Source: Candidatus Ancaeobacter aquaticus (GTDB taxonomy: Bacteria > Auribacterota > Ancaeobacteria > Ancaeobacterales > Ancaeobacteraceae). Taken from it: a DNA stretch of 52,907 nucleotides. The stretch's first letter is position 1. Each line of letters begins with the position of its first letter. Below are positions 29,778-40,450 of the stretch, in pieces. The stretch covers positions 1 to 52,907 of the forward strand of contig JAVCCP010000081.1 in the NCBI GenBank assembly GCA_030765405.1, written 5' to 3'. The notes below the pieces were generated by a model that saw only the letters and a program-made list of their open reading frames with translations, searched no databases and was not told the DNA's origin. A program made the position numbers and the translations under genes.

Positions 29778-30476
29778 TCACTTTTCTATAGTGTTATTAA
29801 GCAAAATATTGCGTGCGTTTTCACCTTCGTTCAACAACAAATCTAAAATTGATAGATCTTTAAAAAAACCATTTTTTTGATATAACTGGTTGTATGTAGG
29901 GGCATTCCACTGCTGTATTTCCATTGATATACCGTTTTGAGAGAAAGCCTTTTCATCAAGATACGTATCAAGTGCGTAAGCACCAGTCAAATAATTGTCA
30001 GCTCCAAGACTTTTACAGATATTGATAAGCCGCTCGGTTGCTGTTTCACCAATGTTTAGTTCCGAGCTGAGTAAAAGTCTTGTGTCTATCTGTAGTTCCT
30101 TTAGAAAATAGTGCAACATAGTGTAATTGATGTCATTGAGCATTACCCATTCTCGGTCATATAGTGATTTAAGAGATCCTTCATATTTGGAAAAATAAGG
30201 TGCTTTATTATAATTCATACAGATCGTATTCCAATGTTTTTTTCTCCAATTTGATTTATTATCTATGTGCACTTCATCAAGGTTCTGTTGGAATTTATTG
30301 TATATTGGAATAGTGAGAATAAGCTCGCCTGTGCTTGATTTAATCTTATTTCTGTTTTGCCAACCATTCTTATTGAATTGAATGTCATCCAGGACGACAA
30401 ACGTGTCACTGAGAGCGATCTTGTGGAAATATCTCAGCCACGGAATATAATGTAATTGGTGTATGCCTAGTATCAT
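29778..30476 (-). CDS. WbqC-family protein
   Basis: IHQLHYIPWLRYFHKI, DDIQFNKNGWQNRNKI, LSILDLLLNEG. Confidence 0.9.
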   Translation of the reverse strand: MILGIHQLHYIPWLRYFHKIALSDTFVVLDDIQFNKNGWQNRNKIKSSTGELILTIPIYNKFQQNLDEVHIDNKSNWRKKHWNTICMNYNKAPYFSKYEGSLKSLYDREWVMLNDINYTMLHYFLKELQIDTRLLLSSELNIGETATERLINICKSLGADNYLTGAYALDTYLDEKAFSQNGISMEIQQWNAPTYNQLYQKNGFFKDLSILDLLLNEGENARNILLNNTIEK

Positions 30477-30496
30477 ATTTTAGCCTCTCAACCCCA

Positions 30497-31222
30497 TTAT
30501 AAGACAAATCTATATGTCATATACGCTTCGGCCGCTTGTACTGATATTTCTCTCCCTCTTACATTTGCAAGATGTTCAACACTTTCTATGCTTCCGTGAT
30601 GTGGCGAAGCTCTTAGTTGAGATTTATGTAGTGAAAGTGCATGCAACTTATCCTTGAGGTGATTACTGATATCGACATAAAAATTAGGATGAAACTTTTC
30701 TCTATCAGTACTCCACGATATTGCAGGATTATCATATGCAATAAATATATTTTGAAATGGTTTATACTCAGGGAGATGAGGCCTGCATGCGGTAAAACAT
30801 ACTCTAAAAACAACTTCATGGTCTTGATTGTATGAAACAGCAGGGACCGCTATCATTGTTGGTTTCACTTTATCAATTGATATTCGAGCATCTTTTTCCA
30901 CTTTTGCGATTAAATCTCTCCGGGGGATATCATCTAATCGTAAATGCACCTGGTCATCGTCAAACAATATCTCATAATCAGTGACATCGAGATATTTCAT
31001 AACACTATCTAATTCGCTTGATCGTTTATCTCCGGTTACTTGTTTATCAACTCCATAGTGCGCTACATTCCCTACGGAAAAGACTATAACATATACTTCT
31101 GCTCCAAGAGACCTCATCCTAGCAATAGTACCTGCACAGCCATATGTTTCATCATCGGCATGTGGTGCAACAACGAGGAGTCGTTGTTTTGAAAGAAATT
31201 CATCTGATACATTCATAGTCAC
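30497..31222 (-). CDS. PIG-L/LmbE-family deacetylase
   Basis: VVAPHADDETYGCAG, QDHEV, ALSLHKSQ, AEAY. Confidence 0.9.
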   Translation of the reverse strand: MTMNVSDEFLSKQRLLVVAPHADDETYGCAGTIARMRSLGAEVYVIVFSVGNVAHYGVDKQVTGDKRSSELDSVMKYLDVTDYEILFDDDQVHLRLDDIPRRDLIAKVEKDARISIDKVKPTMIAVPAVSYNQDHEVVFRVCFTACRPHLPEYKPFQNIFIAYDNPAISWSTDREKFHPNFYVDISNHLKDKLHALSLHKSQLRASPHHGSIESVEHLANVRGREISVQAAEAYMTYRFVL

Positions 31223-31251
31223 CTCTCCCTAAATTGATTATTGATATATAT

Positions 31252-32214
31252 TTATTTTTTGTAATAATCTATTACTTTTAGAATCAGCTGCTCTAAATTT
31301 GTTTTTGATTCATACCCAACAGCTGTATATATACGCGTTAAATCAGGACGGCGATAACGCATATCTTCAAAACCCATTTTATATGCTTCATTATAAGGAA
31401 TTAATTTTATGTGCGATTTACTTTTCGTTAATTCTTTTATCTTCTTTGCAAGTTCAATAATGCTTTTATCCTCTTCTGTGCCAATATTAAAGACTTTACC
31501 GATAGCATCTTTACTTTTTACTAATTTCATTATTCCATTAACAACATCGCCAACATAGGCAAAACAACGTCTTTGCCTTCCATCTCCATAGACTGTAATG
31601 GTTTCATTTGACAGTGCTTGAGTGACGAATCGCGGTATAACCATTCCATATCTTCCTGATTGGCGCGGACCGCAGGTATTGAACAATCTAAGAATTATTG
31701 TCTTAAGTTTTTTTTCTCTGTGATAAGCAAATGTCATAAACTCATCAAGTGCTTTAGCACAGGCATAACTCCATCTGCTAATGTTTGTTGAACCCTCTAT
31801 TCTATCGTCATCCTCAGAGAAGAATACTTTTTCATTTTTTCCATACACTTCTGATGTTGAAGCGAGAACAAAAAGTGCATTATTTTTATCAGCGCAATCT
31901 AAAGCAATTTCTGTTCCTCTTACATTGGTAATCATTGATTTAAGCGGATTGTCTATAATGTATTTAACACCTACTGCTGCGGCAAGATGGAAGATAATAT
32001 CTACGTTACGGGAAACTTTTTTCATCAGTTTTTCGTCCATTATGTCCCCGCGTATAAAAGTGCAGTTCTTTTCAGTCTTTATTTTTTTTATGTTTCTGAG
32101 AGATCCTGTAGATAAATTATCAATGATTTTGACTTTAAATCCTTTTAATAAAAGTTCTTCTGCTAAATGGGAACCAATAAAGCCGGCCCCTCCTGTTACA
32201 AGCGCAGTTTTCAT
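31252..32214 (-). CDS. NAD-dependent epimerase/dehydratase (extended SDR)
   Basis: MKTALVTGGAGFIGSH, STSEVYG, YACAK (YxxxK). Start moved to the ATG at 32214 (RBS aaagga). Confidence 0.92.
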   Translation of the reverse strand: MKTALVTGGAGFIGSHLAEELLLKGFKVKIIDNLSTGSLRNIKKIKTEKNCTFIRGDIMDEKLMKKVSRNVDIIFHLAAAVGVKYIIDNPLKSMITNVRGTEIALDCADKNNALFVLASTSEVYGKNEKVFFSEDDDRIEGSTNISRWSYACAKALDEFMTFAYHREKKLKTIILRLFNTCGPRQSGRYGMVIPRFVTQALSNETITVYGDGRQRRCFAYVGDVVNGIMKLVKSKDAIGKVFNIGTEEDKSIIELAKKIKELTKSKSHIKLIPYNEAYKMGFEDMRYRRPDLTRIYTAVGYESKTNLEQLILKVIDYYKK

Positions 32215-32233
32215 GGATGAATCCTTTCTGTTA

Positions 32234-33412
32234 CTATTTATGTAATTTAGTATGCAGTAGTTCTTCATAAAGAGATGCAATGTTTTTAACCATTGTCTCA
32301 ATACTAAAACGTTCGCCAACATTAGCGCGTCCGGCATCCCCCATTTTTGTCCTCATTGCATCAGACTTAAGAAGCTCTATTGATCTCTGGGCGATGCTAC
32401 CTGAATCTCGCGATGTAACTAAAAAGCCATTTACTCCATTAGTCACAATTTCTCTCACGCCACCGACATCTGTTGCTATTATCGGTTTTCCTAAATGCTG
32501 TGATTGCAACAATACTTTTCCCATTCCTTCGTTTAAAGAAGGCAGGATAAAAATATCCATAATAGAAATTAGTTCAGCAATATCAGTGCGTAAACCCAAA
32601 AACAGGACTTTATTAACTATATCTAAATTGTGTACAACTTGTAAAAGTTCATTTTTTGCTGGGCCGTCCCCTACTAAAATTAAACAACAGTTTGGGACTT
32701 TACTACATATTTCCGGCATTGCCTCAATAAGATATTTCTGTCCTTTTATATCGGCTAGCCGGGCAATATTTCCAATGACTAGCGTTTCTTTAGCAATGTT
32801 CAATTCCTGTTTCTTTTTATTTATATCAATGCTAAAGGGATCTTTTCTTATATTTATACCGCTATAAATCGTAACAAATTTGTCAGCAGGAGCAATGTTC
32901 ATCATAACATGTTCTTCTGTTCCCCGATGAGTAAGCGTTATAATTTTATCTGTAAAAAGAGCGGTTATTCTTTCAAAAATAATAAATATATTTGTTATAA
33001 ACGCACTAAAATAACCATAAAATATATGCCCGTGTGGAGTATGAATGATTATTGGTATTCCAGCAAGTTTTGCTGCAAAACGTCCTAATATGCCAGCTTT
33101 CGAACTATGTGTATGAATTATATCATATTTGTTTTTCCTCATCAAATGAAACAATTTGTATAATGCTATGAAATCTTTTATTGGGGCCGGGCTTCTTATA
33201 AGTTCATTGATTACGGTAAATTCTATTTCATTGTCATCTGTGATTATATGCTCCAATGATCCTTCATCACCATCTGAGGGTCCACTGACAAGTGATACAT
33301 CGTAGCGTGTCTTGTCCAGGAGCTTAACAGTATAAAGAGTGTTTTCCTGTGCTCCTCCATGAACAAGGCGTGTTATGATATGAAGCACCTTTATTTTATT
33401 ATTATTGGGCAT
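32234..33412 (-). CDS. Glycosyltransferase family 4
   Basis: HTHSSKAG, LVGDGP, ILPSLNEGMG (EX7E-like region), ATDVGGVRE. Confidence 0.92.
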   Translation of the reverse strand: MPNNNKIKVLHIITRLVHGGAQENTLYTVKLLDKTRYDVSLVSGPSDGDEGSLEHIITDDNEIEFTVINELIRSPAPIKDFIALYKLFHLMRKNKYDIIHTHSSKAGILGRFAAKLAGIPIIIHTPHGHIFYGYFSAFITNIFIIFERITALFTDKIITLTHRGTEEHVMMNIAPADKFVTIYSGINIRKDPFSIDINKKKQELNIAKETLVIGNIARLADIKGQKYLIEAMPEICSKVPNCCLILVGDGPAKNELLQVVHNLDIVNKVLFLGLRTDIAELISIMDIFILPSLNEGMGKVLLQSQHLGKPIIATDVGGVREIVTNGVNGFLVTSRDSGSIAQRSIELLKSDAMRTKMGDAGRANVGERFSIETMVKNIASLYEELLHTKLHK

Positions 33413-33416
33413 ATTG

Positions 33417-34217
33417 TTAACCAGGTCGTTTTTCTTTTTGTTGTTTCTTTAATAAATTTCTTTCATGAATTGTTGGCCACTTATACGTGTGAGCTTTTTC
33501 GGGATTCTGTTTTATGAAGGTGCATGATTTATGCTCAATACAATCGAGTGCTTTTACAACTAATTGTGGTCCAATTTGTAGTTTGCGTTTATAAAGAGAC
33601 AGTTCGTTATCATTATGCTTAATATCAATATATTGTTCTATAATTATATCACCCGTGTCTAATGATGCATCTATTGCATGCACGGTTATCCCGCCTTTAT
33701 TTTCTCCGTTAAAAATTTCCCAAAAACATGAGTCAGTGCCTCTATATTTAGGGAGTTTTCCCAAATGAAGATTTATGCAGCCGTATCGTGGTAGTTCGAT
33801 AATATTATTTTTTATAATTCTGGTATTACTCAAAACAATAATATCAGGCATATATTTCTTAATAATATCGGCTGTTTTATCGGAATTATGGTCTTTTACA
33901 ATATAAAAAGGAATCTTCTTATCATAAATGAGTTCCTGTATTGAATAATATGGTGCTGTTTTATTGCATAAGCATAATATGCGTATATACCTGTGTAGTT
34001 TTATCTTTATGTATTCGACTATTTTCTGTAGAACAAAGAGAGACCCATATTTATGAAATGAGTCAATAATCACTGAGTAAACATTCTTTTTCTTTGTAAG
34101 CATACTTGTTCTTTTTTCAGCAATAATTGCAATGAGACTATGATTGCTTTTAAGTATTTGGGCTGCTACACGCGCTCCTGAAGGGCGATCCGTTCTCGTA
34201 AAAAGAATAACGTTCAT
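33417..34217 (-). CDS. Formyltransferase (sugar-nucleotide N-formyltransferase-like)
   Basis: INLHLGKLPKYRG, GITVHAIDASLDTGDI. Confidence 0.85.
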   Translation of the reverse strand: MNVILFTRTDRPSGARVAAQILKSNHSLIAIIAEKRTSMLTKKKNVYSVIIDSFHKYGSLFVLQKIVEYIKIKLHRYIRILCLCNKTAPYYSIQELIYDKKIPFYIVKDHNSDKTADIIKKYMPDIIVLSNTRIIKNNIIELPRYGCINLHLGKLPKYRGTDSCFWEIFNGENKGGITVHAIDASLDTGDIIIEQYIDIKHNDNELSLYKRKLQIGPQLVVKALDCIEHKSCTFIKQNPEKAHTYKWPTIHERNLLKKQQKEKRPG

Positions 34218-34232
34218 AGAGTAATCTTTCTC

Positions 34233-35411
34233 TTATTTCATTTCAGATAACAGCTTCTTAAATTCATTCGTGTAATCATTCCATGAAAAGTGCTCTTTGA
34301 CATATTGTAAAGCAAATTGCCCCATTTCGGAGGACAGATCATTATTGCACAATAGATTAGTAATTTTATCTGCGATATCTGCACTGTTTTCAGGGTCAAC
34401 TAAAAATCCCGTTTTTCCATTAACAATAGCCTCCGGGATTCCACCGGAACGCCCGCCTATCACGGGTTTTCCACAAGCGTTTGCTTCAATAAAAACAATG
34501 CCAAACCCCTCTACATGACCGTCACTGTCAACTTCCCTACTTGGCATGATAAAGACATTACTGCAATTATAAAAAAATTGAAGATCTGAATTTGATATTT
34601 CATCAGTAAATAAAACATAGGGATCAAGTTTTTTGTTCTTTATAATTTTTTCTAATCTATTTTTCTCAGGGCCTTTGCCTACTATAATATACAATATTTC
34701 AGGGATCTTTTGAGCGACCGTAGGCAGAGCATCTAAAACCATATCATGCCCTTTGCGATGCACGAGGCGTGAAACACTTAAGAGTATTTTTCTGTTTTTA
34801 AGGGAATATTTATTAAGAAATGCATCCGGTACTTTTAAAGGTTTGAAGAATGATGTATCTACCCCAGGGTAGACAACAATAATCTTATTGTTTTTAGCTC
34901 CAAACTCAAGTAATAGCTTTTTGACATATTGGCTGCATGTTACAATTGCGTGGGCATTTCTATAAACATGAGAATATATTTTTCTTACAAGCACATTGTC
35001 TTTAAATTTCATAAATTCATATCCTTGTGCGGTAACAATATAATCTAATTTTAAGAACGTCTTAAGTAAAACGGCAATAAAGCCCCCATATCCAACATTT
35101 GTTGCTATTATTTTGTTTATTTTATGTTTTATAACAACATAGGGTACAATAAATAAAAGAGGAATGAGTTTAATATATCCATAGTCATATAATGGCGAAC
35201 GATAGATCTTAAATTTATGCGTTTGATCATATTTAAAATCATTTTTAGCAGAAGGTCCAATAACAATAAACGTATCCTCATGATCAAGTGATAAGTGTTC
35301 AGCAAGTTCTTTCGCTAATGTTGTTATCCCATCCTTATGGGGCGGGAAATCCATAGATATTAACAATGTTGCCATAGTATATCCTTTTCTACTCGTAATC
35401 CAATGTTCCAA
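34233..35411 (-). CDS. Glycosyltransferase family 4
   Basis: DFPPHKDGI, RLVHRKG, EGFGIVFIEANACG, SGGIPEA. The start may be the second Met (MATLL). Confidence 0.92.
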   Translation of the reverse strand: MEHWITSRKGYTMATLLISMDFPPHKDGITTLAKELAEHLSLDHEDTFIVIGPSAKNDFKYDQTHKFKIYRSPLYDYGYIKLIPLLFIVPYVVIKHKINKIIATNVGYGGFIAVLLKTFLKLDYIVTAQGYEFMKFKDNVLVRKIYSHVYRNAHAIVTCSQYVKKLLLEFGAKNNKIIVVYPGVDTSFFKPLKVPDAFLNKYSLKNRKILLSVSRLVHRKGHDMVLDALPTVAQKIPEILYIIVGKGPEKNRLEKIIKNKKLDPYVLFTDEISNSDLQFFYNCSNVFIMPSREVDSDGHVEGFGIVFIEANACGKPVIGGRSGGIPEAIVNGKTGFLVDPENSADIADKITNLLCNNDLSSEMGQFALQYVKEHFSWNDYTNEFKKLLSEMK

Positions 35412-36285
35412 ACAGTTTGTTTCCCGTACGTATTATTGTTCTTCCCAGCATAGACTCTGCGCATAAAAAAAACAGATCTAATGCCCCGTTGAGCTTTGCT
35501 CTTAGCGTAAATAGTGTATCGCTTGATTCAACGCCGATTCGCCTGAGAGTGTAAGTATTGCTCCTGTTGGTGTTCCAACCATACTGAGCCATAAAACCGG
35601 CTTTAAAGCCTGCTTTTTGCAGGAATTTAGGCCATTTATTATTAAAATCAGACTTTGTTCCAAAAGGATACGATATGAATACAGTCTTTCGCTTCAGTTT
35701 ATTCTCTATTGTTTGCTTTGATTTAAGGATTTCTTCGTTAAAGATGGTATCAGTACACGTGGACAATCGACAATGTGATGATGTGTGTGATCCAATAGAT
35801 ATAATTGTTGGATCCATACTTTTTATTTGGTTCCAGTTCATCAAGTAGTTATTTTCTCGGATATCTTTTATGTCATGGTGGAGTATGTCTTCGGTGCCAA
35901 TATAGTCTGAAATAATAAATATTGTTGCCGGAACAGAATATTTTTGGAGGACGGGGTATGCACAAGTATAATTATCCATATATCCATCATCAAAGGTTAT
36001 GCTGACAGAATGATTTATTAAAATAGTATTATCAGATAAGGTTTTGCATCCTTCGTCGATGGATATAATAGTATAGTTATCTTGCAAATATTTTAGATGT
36101 TCTTCAAAAATATGTGTTTGTATGTTTGTTTCATGGACTCTTTTATCCCCCACGCTATGGTACCTCAAGATTCTCCACGTATTTTTGTTCCAGAAAAAGT
36201 GAGCGAATATTGGAATACAAAATAGATATCCCAATATCGCAAAAATAGTAAGAATACATTTTTTAATAAAAACTTTTGTTTTCAT
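35389..36285 (-). CDS. Polysaccharide deacetylase (NodB-like)
   Basis: ILRYHSV, ITFDDGY, IGSHTSSH, ISYPFG. Confidence 0.9.
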   Translation of the reverse strand: MKTKVFIKKCILTIFAILGYLFCIPIFAHFFWNKNTWRILRYHSVGDKRVHETNIQTHIFEEHLKYLQDNYTIISIDEGCKTLSDNTILINHSVSITFDDGYMDNYTCAYPVLQKYSVPATIFIISDYIGTEDILHHDIKDIRENNYLMNWNQIKSMDPTIISIGSHTSSHCRLSTCTDTIFNEEILKSKQTIENKLKRKTVFISYPFGTKSDFNNKWPKFLQKAGFKAGFMAQYGWNTNRSNTYTLRRIGVESSDTLFTLRAKLNGALDLFFLCAESMLGRTIIRTGNKLFGTLDYE

Positions 36286-36294
36286 AAAATTATT

Positions 36295-38184
36295 TTATTG
36301 GTATTTTTGAAGCCATAATTCCAACATCAAGAGAGAAAAAATATGATGACCTAGATTTCTTTTTCCGTTTTGATGCGACTCTAGTAATGTATTTATAAAA
36401 TCGTGATTAAGATATTCACTCAAACGGGCATTTTTATCTAATAAGATCTCTTTAGCATAAACCTTTAGCTCATTTCTAAACCAGTCATGTATCGGAATAG
36501 AAAAACCACTTTTCCTTTGTTTTGTTATTCTTTTTGGAAGCTTATCTGAAAACGCTTTTTTTATTATGTACTTTGTTGTTAATCCATTGATTTTATAGTG
36601 AGATTGAATAGATGTAGCATACTCCATAACCCTATGATCTAGGAACGGAACTCTTACTTCAAGTGAATTTGCCATACTCATCCTATCAACTTTTTTTAGC
36701 GTATCATCCGGCAGGTATAAAGATGCGTCCACATACAACATAGCGCTCAATGGATCAAGGTCCTTAGCCTCATTAAATTTATTCAAAACAGTATCATATG
36801 AAGAGTAGCCCGAAAGATCCTTGCAAAATTCTTTATTGTACAGATTGCTTTTTAAAGCATTATCAAAACAAGTAATACGCCTTAGAAATCCGCTACCAAG
36901 ATCATCAGCCCCAGATAATGCCATCCGCACAAGCTTATCCATGAAAACCGTATTTATGGGGATGCTCTTAATAGATGCACTGAGTCCTCTGCGTATGAAT
37001 AAAGGCAACATTCTATACCTGTTTAAAAGTAAATTAGCTTTTGTCCAGGAATAGCCTCCAAAAAACTCATCTCCACCGTCTCCTGATAATGCTACCGTAA
37101 CATGTTGCCTTGTTAATTGTGACACTATATAGGTTGGCACAATTGAAGAATCTGCAAAAGGTTCGTCAAGATATTCAACAAGCTTAGGAAGTAAATCTAT
37201 CATATCTGGTTTGACTTTGAATTCGTGGTGATCTGTTTTATATAACGTGGCAATTTCTCTGGCATATGAAAGCTCATTATAGGCAGCATTATCAAAACCA
37301 ATTGAGAATGTTTTTACATTGTCGCCTATAAGTTCGCTCATTATAGCAACAACAGTGCTTGAATCAATCCCTCCACTTAGAAATGCCCCAAGAGGGACAT
37401 CGCTTATAAGCTCTTCACGAACAGCATCTTTTAGTAATGAGTATACCTTATCAGTTATATATAGTTCATCAGTATTTGTTTGTGTTTGTATCTTATTGTT
37501 TTTGTAGCATGAGAGTAAATCCCAATAGCAGGTGATATCGACACGTCTGTTCTGAGATATAAGCATATGTCCCGGCATAAGTGATTTTATGCTTGAAAAT
37601 ATTGTTTGCGGGGATGCTGTGTAATTAAACGAGAAATAGTCGTCTAGCGCACAAGGATTGATTTTTTTATTAACTAATCCAGAGTTTAGTATGCACTTCA
37701 TTTCAGAACCGAAAACAAGATAACTGTCACTATAAGAATAATAAAGTGGTTTTATCCCGATACGATCTCTTATAAGTATGAGTTTCTTTGATTTTGTATC
37801 GTGCAAAGCAATTGCAAACATACCGCGTAAATATTGTGGAAAATCCATCCCGTATTCTTCATACAGGTGGACAATGGTCTCCGAATCGGTTTTTGTTAGA
37901 AATATATGCCCTTTTCTTTCTAAATCATTACGCAATTCAAGAAAATTATATATCTCGCCATTAAATACTACGGCTATAGTTTTATCTTCATTAAAGATAG
38001 GCTGTTTACCCCCATCAACATCAATAATAGAAAGACGCCGCATTGCTATGCCAATAGAATTGTGAATAAATACTCCATCGCTATCAGGTCCACGATGATA
38101 TATTGATTCATTCATTTTATGGAGTGTTTCTGAAGGAAAAGTTTGTTGCTGTGAATGAAGGGCAATACCACATATTCCGCACAT
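36295..38184 (-). CDS. asnB: Asparagine synthase (glutamine-hydrolysing)-family amidotransferase
   Basis: MCGICG N-terminus, HRGPD, FNGEIYN, RDRIGIKPLYY, FLSGGIDSS, VALSGDGGDE; probably modifies the polysaccharide. Confidence 0.92.
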   Translation of the reverse strand: MCGICGIALHSQQQTFPSETLHKMNESIYHRGPDSDGVFIHNSIGIAMRRLSIIDVDGGKQPIFNEDKTIAVVFNGEIYNFLELRNDLERKGHIFLTKTDSETIVHLYEEYGMDFPQYLRGMFAIALHDTKSKKLILIRDRIGIKPLYYSYSDSYLVFGSEMKCILNSGLVNKKINPCALDDYFSFNYTASPQTIFSSIKSLMPGHMLISQNRRVDITCYWDLLSCYKNNKIQTQTNTDELYITDKVYSLLKDAVREELISDVPLGAFLSGGIDSSTVVAIMSELIGDNVKTFSIGFDNAAYNELSYAREIATLYKTDHHEFKVKPDMIDLLPKLVEYLDEPFADSSIVPTYIVSQLTRQHVTVALSGDGGDEFFGGYSWTKANLLLNRYRMLPLFIRRGLSASIKSIPINTVFMDKLVRMALSGADDLGSGFLRRITCFDNALKSNLYNKEFCKDLSGYSSYDTVLNKFNEAKDLDPLSAMLYVDASLYLPDDTLKKVDRMSMANSLEVRVPFLDHRVMEYATSIQSHYKINGLTTKYIIKKAFSDKLPKRITKQRKSGFSIPIHDWFRNELKVYAKEILLDKNARLSEYLNHDFINTLLESHQNGKRNLGHHIFSLLMLELWLQKYQ

Positions 38185-38214
38185 GTTAATTTACTCCACG
38201 GGCCTCTATTTTAT

Positions 38215-38382
38215 TTATAAAATTCTGAGTGTCTTTGTATTCTGGATATTTTTTTGATAAAGATACGCAAATGCTGTTCCAACAGCTAAAAGCGTTATGA
38301 GAGATCTCATCCCGCTGTACGCATCTACGACTTCTAACCTTGTGTATTGTTCATATTCTTGAATTTCATAGAATACATTTTA
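38215..38382 (-). pseudogene. Exosortase (EpsH/XrtA-like) fragment with catalytic Cys changed to Tyr
   Basis: Unlisted minus-strand frame reads RLEVVDAYSGMRSLITLLAVGTAFAYL (38340-38260), matching the exosortase LEVxxACSGxRSLxxLL motif. Confidence 0.6.
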
Positions 38383-38427
38383 CATCATTTTTTGTGAAAA
38401 ATCAAGGAATAACAGAGATAAATAAGA

Positions 38428-39279
38428 TTAACGTGTTGTATCGGGGTTGCCTTTAATACCGTAGGTTATATATCCATAAATAAATCCGAATAAATATGAC
38501 AGGCTTGTGCAAAATGCAACAAATCTAAAATGCAGTAAATGGTCAAGCACTCTTAAAGGGTATCGTAGAATTCTGTACAGAAATTTTCTTTTAACAATGA
38601 AATCTCCCCTTCCTGAATCCGTTTCATATAGATATTGAGGATAAAAAAGTTGGATATAACTTGAGCCCATGCCGTTACGAAAAAATTTTCTTATTATTTT
38701 CCCAAACGTTTTTGGTGGCAAATGGTAAAAGTGCGTATTTGGGACTAAAACAATTTTATAGCCGGCATTTCTTAATCGTACTCGTAAATCTGGATCTAAG
38801 CCTCTTATAATTTCTTCTCTTTCAGCACCTACCTCAAAAAAAACTTCTTTAGGCAAAATACAGCAACCATGACAAACAAAATCACTTTCTGTCACGGTCT
38901 CTACTATCGGTGATGTATATCTGGGTATTTCAAGCATTACACGTTTTTGTATCCAATTTGCTTTATCCCAAACAGCAAGTGAAGCTCCAGCCATACCAAT
39001 TGCTTTATCTTCTTCTGCCACATGCACTAGTTTTTCAAGTACGTCACTATCCCCCAGGATAATGTCATCGTCCATGATAACGATATACTTACCCGTTGCC
39101 TCTTTTGCCCCATTATTTATGGCTCTTCCCTGCCTATTATCCCCTACCTTTAGAATTACTTCACAATTCTTATAAGTTTGTTCTTTTATTTGTTCTAATA
39201 GATTAGGCAACATTCCATCTCTATCGCCGTCAATTGTCGGTATGATGATAGATATTTTAGGGGTGTTAGTCGTCGTCAT
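38428..39279 (-). CDS. Glycosyltransferase family 2
   Basis: ISIIIPT, RAINNGAKEATGKYIVIMDDD (DxD). Confidence 0.88.
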   Translation of the reverse strand: MTTTNTPKISIIIPTIDGDRDGMLPNLLEQIKEQTYKNCEVILKVGDNRQGRAINNGAKEATGKYIVIMDDDIILGDSDVLEKLVHVAEEDKAIGMAGASLAVWDKANWIQKRVMLEIPRYTSPIVETVTESDFVCHGCCILPKEVFFEVGAEREEIIRGLDPDLRVRLRNAGYKIVLVPNTHFYHLPPKTFGKIIRKFFRNGMGSSYIQLFYPQYLYETDSGRGDFIVKRKFLYRILRYPLRVLDHLLHFRFVAFCTSLSYLFGFIYGYITYGIKGNPDTTR

Positions 39280-39334
39280 AAAAATAACCTTTAATGTGCA
39301 TTTCAGTATAACATCGATATAAAGCGCAATGCAA

Positions 39335-40450
39335 TTATTCCGAGTATTTTTCTAAATATAATTTAGTATAATTATTTACCATAGACTCTACGCTATAGGT
39401 ATTAACAATTTTTTTGCGTGCTTCTGAACCAATGTCCTCACATACTTTTTTATTCTCTATTAAATAGTTCAGCGTATCTAAAAAACTTTCCTCATCATTA
39501 TCATCGATGAGGAACCCATTTGATTTATGATCAATTATTTCAGGAATACCACCAACTCTAAAGGCAATCACAGGAATACCTGCTGCCATAGCTTCCAGAA
39601 TCGCGTTTGGAAATCCTTCAGTATGAGATGTAAATGCAAATATATTAATAATTGCTAATAACTTGGCAACATTATTAGTGGTGTCTATAAATGTCACGTT
39701 TTCTGTTATATGTAATAGTTGTACTTGCTGCATACATTTAGCTTTTAATGGACCGTCTCCAGCTAATAAAAAATGAATATCATCTCTTTTTGACAATATA
39801 GTTTTTGCGATGTCGATAAATGTTTGCTGGCCCTTAAAATAGCCAAAATTAGCTATCATACCAATGATTATTTTATCACTTTGTATTCCGTAGGTGTTTT
39901 TAAGTTTATGGGGGGCACCAGGTGTTGCTTTATTGTTTGTTTCGAGACCATTATATATAACATGAACTTTTTTTGTAGATGCATGCTCGTTTTCTAAAGT
40001 GTAGTTTCTTACCGCGATAGAATTTGCTACGATTACATCAGAAAATCTATTTGCTATGATTTGAATGATCTTATGATGCAGTTTTTTCCATACGGGGATT
40101 TGCCTGCGTGAAGAAATGATAGTTTTTACCTTCCCAATTCGTGCTGCGATATTTGCATAAAGGTCAAATCCAAATAAAAATGTATGGATGATATGAATAT
40201 CATATTTTTTGATTATTTTTGTTAGGGAATACAATGCAATAGGATTATAAATAGAATGGATTCTTAAGTTGATTATTGGGATATCTAGATCTTTAATCCA
40301 TTGAGATAGGCATCCCTCCTCTTTAATGCAGCATACAACGGGGTTAAATTTTGTTTTGTCTAAGTATTTTAGCAATAGAAAGAGTTGCTTTTCCGTGCCT
40401 CCGAGGCGAAGAGCAGGCAGTATATAGAGTATGTTGATCTTTTTACTCAT
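39335..40450 (-). CDS. Glycosyltransferase family 4
   Basis: GGTEKQL, AGDGP, EGFPNAILEAMAAG, VGGIPE. Confidence 0.92.
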   Translation of the reverse strand: MSKKINILYILPALRLGGTEKQLFLLLKYLDKTKFNPVVCCIKEEGCLSQWIKDLDIPIINLRIHSIYNPIALYSLTKIIKKYDIHIIHTFLFGFDLYANIAARIGKVKTIISSRRQIPVWKKLHHKIIQIIANRFSDVIVANSIAVRNYTLENEHASTKKVHVIYNGLETNNKATPGAPHKLKNTYGIQSDKIIIGMIANFGYFKGQQTFIDIAKTILSKRDDIHFLLAGDGPLKAKCMQQVQLLHITENVTFIDTTNNVAKLLAIINIFAFTSHTEGFPNAILEAMAAGIPVIAFRVGGIPEIIDHKSNGFLIDDNDEESFLDTLNYLIENKKVCEDIGSEARKKIVNTYSVESMVNNYTKLYLEKYSE

